A stretch of DNA of 64,000 nt from Raillietiella orientalis (lineage: Eukaryota): assembly GCA_036172245.1 (NCBI GenBank), contig JAYWIR010000003.1:744001-808000 (forward strand), in the 5' to 3' direction. Below the pieces are notes generated by a model that was not told the DNA's origin, did no database searches, and was given only the letters and a program-made list of their open reading frames with translations. Every line of letters starts with the position of its first letter. Positions within the stretch are counted from its first letter, which is position 1. Below are positions 46,401 through 56,734 of this stretch, in pieces. A program made the position numbers and the translations under genes.

Positions 46401-49400
46401 GCAACGGGTGCAGTCCCGGGATCCGCGCTGGCGGGCAGCTCGAGGAGGCCGCAGGTAGGCGGGAAGAGGGGGAGGAAGAAGTGCGGTTGACGCCCCCTGC
46501 GAGCGCTCGCTCGCCGTCATCGCATCGGCGGACGCACCACACACGCAAAATCAGCCCGGAGGGATGAAGAGGGAGGGGAGGGGCCACGGCCATCGTTCCT
46601 AACTCTCCCCTTCTGAAGATCCTTTAAGGAGCTGCTGCTGCTGCTGCTGCGAGATGCAGGAGCCGGTTGCCTTTTGCCCTAGGGGTCCGCGAGCGGCGCT
46701 AGGGACCTCTGCGGGACGAGGTCGCCTCTTCGCTCGGCACGCGGCCAAAAGGATGTCCCTGGATCCCCCTCCCAAATATCCCCCGCAAGTCGCCGTCAGC
46801 AAAAATTCTGCGTCCGAGGAATCCGGGGGAATGGGGGGGAGGGCCACGGTGCTCGAGCACCTACGCGGTGACCTACGCGTATTCTCCTCCCCTCCTCCCC
46901 CTCCCCGAGATCTCTCCACAGGAGAGAGCACCACTTCTTTGTCGGAACCTTCTGCCCGGCAGCTCCCCCCTTCTATGGCGACGGAAAAGGGGTGGAGAAG
47001 GCAGCGCGCCCAGCACAGCGAAGGGCGTGTAGCCGACGGCTGCAGCCGCCGAGAAAGGGGGAGGAGACAGGGTGTCGACAGCGCGGGAGCGCTCCAGATA
47101 AAAACGTTTGTCCCTGCGCCTTGTCCTCCTCCTCCAGTCCCTTCTCTCCTCGCAGCTCCCGGCTACCGGGTTTCCTCGGAGAGCGGGACAGTCCTCGAGG
47201 ACGAGCGGCCTCGCGCAAGCAGAGGCACGTGCGGGGTGCGCACAGCCTTCTCTCCCACTCCCCCCTCTATGTTTCCCTTGCCTTCCCTTCCCTCTGCACT
47301 CTTCGCACCCGCCCACGCTCTCCTCCACGGAGGTCGCCATGGCACGCCTTCCTTCTGCCCAGGTTGCTCGACCAGAAACCGGAGAAGGAAGGGGTGGAGT
47401 TCGGCGGGGACTTCCTGTAGGAGACGTGTTCCGGACCAGCACGTCGCTGGAGGGGGAGGGGAAGGGGGGCGGACGAGGTCGCAGTGCGCGTTACCTTGGC
47501 GTGCATGAGGAGGATCCTGTCGCTGAGGGTGAACTGCATTTTGCTCCAGACCTGCTTGTTGGGCTCCCGGTACCATAGCTGCCCGGATATGGGGGGTGGC
47601 TCTCCGAGCTTCGTCAAGGAGTTCTGCAACGGGAGAAAAGGATGAGATGCGGGAAGGAGGAGAAAGTGAGAGCGCGACGGGGGAGAAAGGGAACAAAAGA
47701 ACGAAAAAAAGAATGGGGCGTCGGGCAGCGCGCTCCACGGGGCGCCACGACGAGCTGCTCGCGTCTGCGTGAGAATCGCAACCGTGGCGTCCCCGAGCAC
47801 ACGCCACCGGCGAAGATCCGCGTCCACCGTCCCCTCTTTCGCCAATACCCTAGCGCTTCTGGGAGCAGGCGCGGGCAGACGACGGACCCAACACGCCGCA
47901 GACAGCAGCGCGTGCGAAGGGAGATGGCACTGACTAAAGCGCGTGCACGGACGAGGCGCCCTGCGGCTCCTCCCGAAGTAAGCATGCACGGCAACATCGG
48001 CCTCAGAGGGACTGTTCCAGGTCTCTCGGGCGATTCCCTTTACGGTGGCCTGGCCGCTGCCGAGGCACGAGCGAAAGACGAGACGACGGAGAATGTGCGC
48101 TTCGACGAAGAGACGTTCCGCCGGCCGTGACCTCCACCGGAGGGGCTGGCCGGGATCTCTGAGAGGCGATCGGGTCCCTCTGGACCGTCGCGATGAGGGG
48201 CAGCCCTTTCCGCGGCCGAGAAGACCCACGTGACGGGCGCATGGGCATCGCAAGGGAGAACGTCGCTGGCAACGGGAGGGAAGGATCAGGCACCGAACGA
48301 TGCAAGGGAAAGGAGGACAGCCTTGTCAGAGTCCCTTCCTTTTCCACGCTAGGATGCACTCGGCACAGCACCAGCGGGCCGAAAGGGGATGGACCGAGGG
48401 GAGACCTGGTAGCGGACGGCAACTGCATCCTCTCATCGTGTCTGGGACACTTCGCGAGGGAGGAGAGGCGCTCCACGCTTCCCCGACAGGTGCCGCCACC
48501 GCCGCGGGACAAGGAAATCCAAGGGGACCCCACGCGCCCGGCACCGACCCGATCACTGAAAAACCTCCTCCATTCCCTGAGGCGGCAACAAGGCTCAACA
48601 GTATCTGGGCGGCGTTGCGAAGGCCGCCGGAGACCAACCAGCACATCCCGGCGAGCGGCTCTCTACCCGAACGCTCCGCAAAAGACCGGTGCGCGCGCGT
48701 GAAGCTGCGAACGCCCACGCGGCTGCCGGTCCGCAGCTCGGAGGGACCAGCCGTAAACCCACCCATCGTAACCTCATCTTTTTTTCTTTGAAGGCGTTCC
48801 GTTCCGCTCCGCTACCGGAAGGCGAGCGAGCGCGGGAGTGGGAAGACGCACCGACGAACGAACAAAGCAAAAACACTCCAGGAGTCCAAGTGCCACCATA
48901 AAGAACCCGCAGAGACAGAACGGAGGCGGCGGGCCAGCACGCACAGGCAAATCTGCACGTGGCCGCACCGCTTGGCGCGCTCCACGCTTTGCTTACAAAG
49001 CGCGCGTGGCGGCAGGAAAGCGCAGGAACAACAGCACACTCTGGGCAGAAAGATCGCGGGAGCTACTCCCGTTTACGAAACGGCGTGCTGGGCGCGCTCA
49101 AGGAGGAGGCAGAAGGGAGGAGACAAGGAGAAAGCGCAAGCGGGCACATCCTGGTAGTAGGCGACCACAAGGGCGCGTGCGTCCGTGCCGATATCCTCCG
49201 TCAAGATAAGGCGGCGCGGCAGCCGGTCACGGGACATTCGCGTTGAAGACAGCGCATGAGGTACACTCAGAATCGTTTTCTTCACGCCCCCACCCCTCGG
49301 CCGGGGCGGCAACGCGTACTCGCGAGTCCACCCAAAGTTGCCGACCTGCGTCATGAGCGACGGCCCGGGGCAAGCAGGCGTAGCTCATGGGACCTCGCCT

Positions 49401-52400
49401 GTGCCTCCCGCTACTGACGCGCGTACGCTTCCCTCGGGAGCACTGCGAGAAAGGCGCGCACAGCGAAGGGACGATCGATTTGTATTTGTATGTGACTGAC
49501 GACCGGCGCACCGCAGCATGCAGGAAGGAAGGAAGGGGAGGAGGGAAGCGGGAGAGATCGGTGAACGGCCCAGTCTCCATTCTGGAGCGCTATCTTGAAC
49601 CTCGGGAGCCTCAAGGAGACTTTACGCGAGCGCCCCGAACGAGGTACGGGGGCGCTTGGCACTCGTCGCGACATCTACTCGCGAATCAGCGAACCAAGAG
49701 ACTACACGCGGCGGAACCAGAGAGGGAGAAAGGGTAGGGGGACCGCAGATATCTCGTGTGCGGGCGCAAAGCAAACCTATTCTCCAAGAAAAGGACCGGG
49801 AGGCGGCGGCCAGAAAGCAAAAGGCGGCAACCCCTCTCTACCTTGGAGGGCGAAAAAGGAAAAAGTTGCGCTCGCAAACATGCAAATGGCATGCACGTTC
49901 GCGCGCTCACACGAACGCCACGGGCACGAGTTCACCGACACCGACCGCGCGATAGAGTGGGGGGAAAGGAGGAAGGAAAAGAGGGATTGTGGACCCGCTC
50001 GCGCTTACAAGTGGGACGCGGACCAGGCCAACCAGAGTTCGCTCCAGCTGCCACCGTCGCTGGCTTCGCCTCGAAGCAGCTCCCATAATCTCGACCCCTT
50101 CTGTTGGAAATTCGCTGAGGTCCCGTTACATCGGCTTCCCTGGAGGACGGAAATGGTTCCGCCGGGAGAAGGATCCACACTACTGCTTCCTGCTTCTCTC
50201 CTGACGACGGCAGGAGAAGGAATGCCTCGACAACGGGGACGCACCCTCCTGCCGTCCTCTCTCCTCCTCTTCCTTTTACGAGTAAACGGGGAAGCAGCAA
50301 GGCTCGTGCTCCGGGTCTTTGCCCTTGTCCTTGCCACACTTGGCTCATGGCCCGCATCCTTTCCCGTTGTGCTTTTCCCGGGTCTCCAGAGGAGACGATG
50401 AAGAAGAAAAGGAGGAGGGGAGGGAAACCTCTCCCTCTACCCCCGGGGGATGGATGCAAGAAGCTTCTTCCGGTGCCAGAGACGTCGTTCGAGACGGAGG
50501 GCGGAAACACAACGAAACCCCCCGAGGGATAATCCCTTCCTTCCCGTTCCACGCCGACCGGGGAGAGATCTACCTCGCGCCTCCCGTCCGCGAAGGCTGA
50601 GCGGGGAGAAACCGGTCCTCCTGGGGAGAGCGGAAAGAAGGGAGAGACCGAAGGCGGAGGAGGGGGGAGATCTGAAGAGAAAGGAGCGCAGGAAGGACAA
50701 TCGTTTACCGTGCCGAGATGGGAAAAAGTGGGGCCTCCCTTAACGGGGATCGGAGAAAAAAGAAGGAAAGGCGTGGAGAGATCGGCTACACCAGCCGAGC
50801 CCCGAGCCAAAGCCTCCTCCGTCGCAAACGAAACAGGGAAGGGACAGAAGCCTCCCCGCGTGCAAGGAGAAACAGGGAAGACGGGAAGCATTTCCGGTTC
50901 GAAGAACGGGCTCCTGGAGGGATAGATAGGGTAATAGGAGGAGGAGGTGACCTTGTAACGGGGCTCCGCTCCAGCGATGATCGAGAAGGCGCGAAACTCC
51001 CCCTCCCGAGCTGGCAAGAACGCGCGCACCGTCCTCGCGGGCAGGCAGCCCACTGCCGGCTTCCGGGTGCTCAGTGCGAGGGCTCGCGCGCGCGAGCCAG
51101 GAAACGGACGGAGGAGAAGGGAGGAAGGGAGAGCGGCGGCAAAGCACGGAGGACGCAGACGACGAGAAGGTGACTCGTAGCAGAAGCGTCACTCACTACC
51201 ACACCCACCGCCGCACCAGCGTTGGCTGGAGGCCAGACTGCCAGCAGGAAGATCTGCAAGAAAATAAGACTCTTCTTGGGAACCCGCAAAGAGTCAACGG
51301 AGACCTCGTCCCTTTCTTTACTTCCCACGCCACCACCAACCATTCCCCCTATTCTTCACAAGGAACCACATTCCTGCACCGGAAGAAGGGGGGAAGGAGA
51401 GATGGAGACGTTCCAAGAATGAAAAGAGGCCAACCAGCCAATGTGATCGATTCTTTCCTCGTGGTGGAACTCCCCTTCCCTTCCCGTTGCAAGCAGCCGG
51501 ACTCTCCAATGTGATGAAGGCATGAGCCCATCGAAGGCACGCACGTTCCCCCTTTTTTCTCCCACCGGACAGCTGTTCCGCTCACGAGTGGCGCCCTCTC
51601 TCGTCGACGGGCACAACTCGGGTAATTTGCTCGCAAGTTCATAGATGGCTGCTGAGGCGTGCTACCTCCCGACCGGCAGACCATCCATCCTCCTCCTCCC
51701 CTTCTCGATTCTGTAGGGTGGTGCGGTGCACAAACCCTGTGAACCCCATACAGCAACGTGGTGAGAAAAAAAAAAAAAAAAAAAACGAAGAAGTGGAGAG
51801 CGAGCTGTGGCGGGTGAGAGGAAAGAAAGAGCGAGGATATCGCCTCCCGCACACGCATATACACCAGGAAAAGGGTTGATGGGGAGGGGATGGGGGCGAA
51901 AACGTTGGCCCCAGTGGGACGGATGAACACACAAAGAGGGCCCGTACGTTCTTTCTTCCCTCTTCCGCACAGTAGCAGAGGACAAACAAAGGCTTCTCCT
52001 TCCCCCCGGGTCCAGGTCCTCCCCGGGAGGCTCGAACGCACAAGAGCCGCGCTTTCAGCAGAGATCGCAGGCCCGCGGGCGGGGACATCTCCCTTGGAGG
52101 AGACCGCGGCGGTCCGGTTCCATCCCTGGAGACTGCCCCCGTGGGGAGAAGAGCAGTCCCCCACCAGGCGGTTTCCTCCTCCGTTCCCGAACTGCGCAAT
52201 GGGAATGCGAGCGCGAACGAAACGCCAGTCCGTCGCCGTAGCTCACGCTGCCCGCTATGCCCCGCGCGCTTTTTCCTCTTGATTCCCGTCTCACCTGCAG
52301 GGCGAAGTTCCTGGCGAGGGCGAACGTGTCCGCGGTGGCGTCCGTGGTCCCCTTGATCTCGCAGAGCTCCGGCGGGAAGAATTGCTGGCAGGGAGAGACA

Positions 52401-55284
52401 GAGCCCGTTGAAGTAAGCTTGGATGTGGGGGAGGAGCAGGATCGTGATGCGGGGATTCTTGGGGGCGGGAGCAGGGGAGAGGGCTGCGGACTCACCAGGG
52501 GGCTGTGGAAGAACTCGAACTTCCGGAACTCCTTCTTGAACAAGAACTTGACGGCAGTCCTGTTGAGCAGGTACACCGGCAGCACCTCCTCGTGGTCCTC
52601 CACGATCCTCTCTGCGCGGCGGCGGGGGGCGAGAAGGGGGCACCGGGAGAGAGAGAGAAAGGGGGAGGGAGACCTTCTAGCGGGACGTAGGGGGGATGGG
52701 AGGGGTGGGAGGAGGGGAAGGCAAACGGAACCTCACCGATGCCCGCGTCGTTGTTGACCTCTATGAGGGTCCAGTTGGGGTCCTTGGCACCCCTGTTCTT
52801 CATGGCCAGCAGCTGGCACAGGTCGACGGCCCGCAGCCCCTTCTCCACCAGGACTCTCTGGTAGTTGCCGTCGTCATTGTAGAAGCTGAGTTCCATCTGC
52901 AAGGGACGTGAGCGGGACCGGTCCAGGAGAGGGGCACTCACCGAGGTCGCGTCCAGGGATGTGATCTCCTCCCTAAGGGAAGCTAGGGAGGCAGCCAGCC
53001 CGGCAGTAGCCCCCGCGTCGCGGTCCGGCGAGCACGACGAGGAGGACGAGACCGCGGCCGCCGCAGGCGGGCCGCCGCCCTGGCTGCACCTGGCGTCAGC
53101 CTCCCTCGGCCGGGAGGACGGCGGCTCCTCCGCGAAGGGGCCGCCGCCGCCCGAGCGGAGGCGGCCCGGCTCGCACTCCTCGCACGGCAGGCTGGTCGGC
53201 GGGGCTTCCGTCTTCATGGCGAGGACGTTCTCGCCGGCAGCAGGCAGAAAGGAGGTCGCGCACCACCTGGCGGGAGAGGCACCAGAAGGGAGGCTGTGCG
53301 ATGCAACGCAGCCAGCGCGCGCGCGCGTGCGCCCCCACTTCCCTCCCTCTTTTCCTTCCCCGCCCCTTGCCCGAGGGACCCCCTCGAGCCCACAATACAA
53401 GCAGGACGGCGCGCTGCTCGGGCTCGACCGAGAGCGCCCGCGGGTGGTGCTGGCACAGGGCAGGGGGCGGGCCGCTTGCCCCTAACCCGCAAGCGCGGGG
53501 AACCCCCTGCCGGAGGCCACAGCGACGCATCTGCCCTCAGCCAGCGCAAGGGGGAGCGACCGCGCGCGTCTCGCGGGATGCGAGAGAGGGCGTTCACCCC
53601 TGCGGGACGGAGTGAGGTGAAGGGGAGTGAGGCGGCAATCCCCTCGTCCCCGAACGTTCGCCGCCTCGCGGCGGCGGCGCCGGGGCGACCTCGTCCTCCC
53701 CTACCTACCCCCGCGCGCGCTCCCTCCTTTGCGTCGGGGCTCTCTGCGCTCGGCTCGCCCGTTCCTTTGCACACGGCTCCTCGGCCTTTTCAGCAGCGGG
53801 GAGGCGCCGAGCACCGCCTCGCGTGCACGCGCGCGCGGGGCGGCGGATGTTGTGAAACCACGTCGTGCGCGACGCGCGGACAGGGAAGAGGGGCCACGAC
53901 GACGAAGACGAAGACGAGCAACAACCCCCGAAGAGAAGGGAGAGAAAGAGCGCGCGCGCGGACGCGCGTGCCGGCTGGGGCGCTCTCTTGGGGCGACACC
54001 CGCAAAGTCAGCGGGAAGGAGGAGGGAAGGGGAGGGGAAGAAAGAAAAGAGGGGGGGGGGGGAGAGAAGTAAAAAGAGGGGGAGGGAGAGCAGAGGAAAG
54101 GAGAAGCGGGGAGCGAGGGACGCGCGTCGGGAAGCGAGCGCGGGAAGAAGCAAATTGTTCGCACGCGAGAAAAACTCGCGGAGCGGGCGGGAAATAGGAA
54201 GGGGGAGGAGGGAGGGACGTCGAGGGGAAGCCGATCGAGCCGAGGAAGGCGCGAAGACGAAAAGGAAATCCTCCCGCCTCGTCCCCCCGCTCAGCCGTCA
54301 ATGGGGCAGGAGGGAGAGGGCTGGCGCGAAGGAAATCCCCCCCCCCTCTTCTTCCCCGAGGGGCCCGCCCGAGGAGCCAGCGAGAGCGTGCGCAGGCGCG
54401 CCGAGAGGACGACGACAACAAAAGCGCGCCCCCTCCCTCCCACGCACTCTCCCGACTCGACACGCGGGAGGGGAAAAACCGGAGGGGCCGGCGCCACAAG
54501 GTAACGACACGGGAAAGAAGAGTTCCGGTAGGGAAGAGCAGAGCGCGCACCTGGCCGTGCAGGCACCGGGAAGGCGGAGGAGGAGGCGACGACGGGTCAT
54601 CCGGAGGCAGAACCATCCACCACACGCACGTCTTCCCGGTACCACGAGCTCCTCCCCGTCCCACTCCACCCCACGAGCGTGCTTGCCAGGAGGAAAAAGA
54701 AGAAAAGGGGGAGGGGGGGAACTGCTCCAGAGGCGGAGGGCGCCGCTACTGGCACCGGCCGCGCGAAGAACATGAGGCGGGAGACAGACGACTTTCCACC
54801 CTCACCACCCCTCCCTTCCCCCTCGCCCATCGGACGGGAAGGCAAGGGACCCCAGAGCGAGGGCAACCCTTGACCGCGCGCGATCGGACGGCCGCGGCCC
54901 GACCCAACCGCCGAAGACGCGAAATGAGGGCGAATGACTAGAAAACACAGACACCAACACATCATAAACACGCGCGCGCGCGCGTACGAACGCACCGCAA
55001 ACGCGGGCGCCAGGAAGGAAGGGGGCGAAAGACACAGAGGGGCACACGCACACTCACTCACTCACTCACACACACCACACACACACACACACACACAACA
55101 CACATACACATGCACACACAACACACACAAGAAGAAAAACACACACACACACACGCACAAAAAAAAAAAAAAAAACAAAACAAAAAAGGCCAGCCGCAGC
55201 GACCGCTGCTCGCCCGAAAATGCAAATTCGAAAGGGACAAAAAAAATGGACTTACCCGCACGAAACGCGTCTTTGCTGACACAT
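40278..55284 (-). CDS. GRB14: Growth factor receptor-bound protein 7/10/14 family adaptor (RA-PH-BPS-SH2), about 569 aa, 10 exons
   Basis: Exons 55256-55284 (tentative), 52942-53266, 52737-52896, 52496-52611, 52295-52384, 47495-47623, 42149-42466, 40957-41210, 40751-40844, 40278-40472 sum to 1710 nt with all phases consistent. RA: DLCQLL...WTLIE...ERIVEDHE. PH: PTDFGICL...WVAALRMARYG.QL..NY. BPS: VAMDFTGPSGRIVEDPREAL. SH2: QPWFH...FLVRNS...TKFFDLIQLIDFYQLNRGCLP. The symbol is family-level only; GRB7/10/14 orthology is unresolved. An alternative start is the ATG at 53217. Confidence 0.92.
40751..40844 (-). CDS. GRB14: Grb-family exon 9, SH2 FLVR motif
   Basis: VFLVRNSHSRKGSFVLSF...IYHSQI. Confidence 0.93.
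40957..41210 (-). CDS. GRB14: Grb-family exon 8, BPS domain and SH2 start
   Basis: VAMDFTGPSGRIVEDPREALAIAVAEG..WRK; QPWFHNGLTREAAEQLL...VDG. Confidence 0.95.
42149..42466 (-). CDS. GRB14: Grb-family exon 7, PH domain
   Basis: YNVY...PTDFGICL...WVAALRMARYGVQLRDNY. Confidence 0.92.
47495..47623 (-). CDS. GRB14: Grb-family exon 6, PH domain start
   Basis: PPISGQLWYREPNKQVWSK; ttgcag acceptor and gtaacg donor. Confidence 0.85.
52295..52384 (-). CDS. GRB14: Grb-family exon 5, RA-PH linker
   Basis: QFFPPELC...; canonical sites, 90 nt. Confidence 0.85.
52496..52611 (-). CDS. GRB14: Grb-family exon 4, RA domain
   Basis: ERIVEDHEEV...KFLFKK...KFEFF..P. Confidence 0.92.
52737..52896 (-). CDS. GRB14: Grb-family exon 3, RA domain
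   Basis: MELSFYNDDG...DLCQLLAMKN...WTLIE; canonical sites. Confidence 0.9.
52942..53266 (-). CDS. GRB14: Grb-family exon 2, low-complexity N-terminal region
   Basis: ccgccag acceptor, gccATG at 53217, TCG|gtgagt donor. Confidence 0.75.
55043..55160. repeat. Interrupted (CA)n / (CACT)n microsatellite
   Basis: Directly visible; lies in the first Grb intron near the donor. Confidence 0.9.
55256..55284 (-). CDS. GRB14: Putative Grb-family first coding exon (MCQQRRVSCG)
   Basis: Strong donor GG|gtaagt at 55256; phase 2 joins in frame to the acceptor at 53266. Confidence 0.5.
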
Positions 55285-55351
55285 CCGAGAGGAAGCTGGC
55301 GTCGCAATAAGGCTTGCGCTCGGCAGCCGAGTTCCGTCCTTACTACGTCTC

Positions 55352-55397
55352 TGACGTCAGGGGTCAATGGAAGCACGGAAGAAACTGGGTGACGTCA
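55352..55397. promoter_or_regulatory. Tandem full CRE (TGACGTCA) sites at the putative Grb-family promoter
   Basis: Perfect palindromes at 55352-55359 and 55390-55397, just upstream of the putative first exon in CpG-rich DNA. Confidence 0.45.
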
Positions 55398-56707
55398 CTG
55401 CCGTCGGTAACGCTTCGCTCGCCGCCGTACGGAAAAAGGCTTTTCAGGATTGTCGGGCGGGCGGGAGGGCGGACGGGCGGCGGGCGTTATGGGGGGAACG
55501 CGAAGCCGAGTGGGTAGATGGGCAGCGGGAAAACACTCAGGAGGAGGAGGAGGAGGAAGGAAAGGGAGGGGGAACGGAGGGAGGGGGAGGAGTGAGGGGT
55601 AGTAGAGAGATGCAAAGACGAGGGAAACCGTTCGAGCAGAGCCAGCGAAATCGGCTTCTCTTCCACCCTCTTTCCTTGTCCTCACCACCACCTCCGAGCG
55701 TGCACGCTAGCTCGCGCTGCACGCATGGGGCTCGGGATGATGGAGGGGACGGGCACGGCGGAGGAACGAGGAGGCTCTCTGGGCGCTCCGCGAAATGCGA
55801 ACAGCGGCGTAGTCTCGCGGAGGGGGAAAAGTTTGATCGATACGTTCCGCAGCAGCGAGCCTGCTGGACTGGTGGCTGCGTGCTCGCAAAGGCGGCCCGA
55901 CCGGTCGTCGTCACGCAACGACGACAGCATTGTTGTCGGCGAAATGCCGCCGCCACCGGGGCCTATGACGACAGTCTGGCTGCCGGAGCGCGCGCGAGAG
56001 GTGGACGGGCGATTTCGGACATCCCTCGCACAGCATCTCCAGTTGTTTCAGGAGAAGCAAACTTTTGGGTGGAGAGAGTGAGGGAAGAGTGGGTTTCTCC
56101 CCTGCGAGCGGGCTCGAAAAGGCGCTCGGGGCTCCCAGCTCTCTTCCCTCCCACGCACTGGTGCTCAACTGCCTCCTCCGCGCCCACCAATGGACGTGCA
56201 CCCCAGCGAGACCCACCTTCGCGACCTGGCCGCAGAAGGTAAGGTCGCAGCTCTCTCCGTCTTCGATTCCTTTGCCAAACGCACCGCGCCCTCTACATCA
56301 AACAGCTTTCCTCCTCCTGCTCCTCCTCCTCCTCCTATCCTTCAGCGTTCTCCTACGCGAAGTAAGGAAATGGGGGAGCACCGCCCCCACCGGGACTTGG
56401 AACCAGCTGACGAAGGTGCTGCGCGATCGCGCGGCGAGCTCCTCCTCTTCCCCGCCCTGCTCCGCCCTCTCCTCAAAAGCGGTCGCTCCCCCCACTTCCG
56501 GAGTACGCACCGGTTTCGTGGGACGCCCGATTCCTGGATGCGCAACCTGCTCCCTCCCCGCGCAGGATCGCTCCGGGGGCTGAGGTGCCTTTCCCTTGGC
56601 TCGGAAATTCGAAGGGCTCCAAGTTCAACCCTCTCCCGATCTTCCTGCGCACTTCCCGTCCCTCCTCGTCGCCGTTCAACCGCATGAAGGAGAATATGCG
56701 CTCAGGA

Positions 56708-56734
56708 GGGAGGGAGGGAGGGAGGGAGGGAGGG
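56708..56734 (+). repeat. (GGGA)n tract, seven G3 runs
   Basis: GGGAGGGAGGGAGGGAGGGAGGGAGGG. Confidence 0.9.

Noticed and set aside
43023..46544. Long minus-strand ORFs of 527 aa (43023..44606) and 497 aa (45051..46544)
   Set aside because: They lie inside Grb intron 6, are Arg/Gly/Pro/Ala-rich with no domain motifs, and overlap long ORFs in most other frames, as expected from stop-codon scarcity in very GC-rich DNA
49932..51053. 373-aa minus-strand ORF
   Set aside because: Intronic, Pro/Ser/Phe low complexity, not needed for the Grb reading frame; possibly decayed transposon sequence
53627..54775. 382-aa plus-strand ORF
   Set aside because: Translation of purine-rich low-complexity intron sequence antisense to the Grb gene; no recognisable protein features
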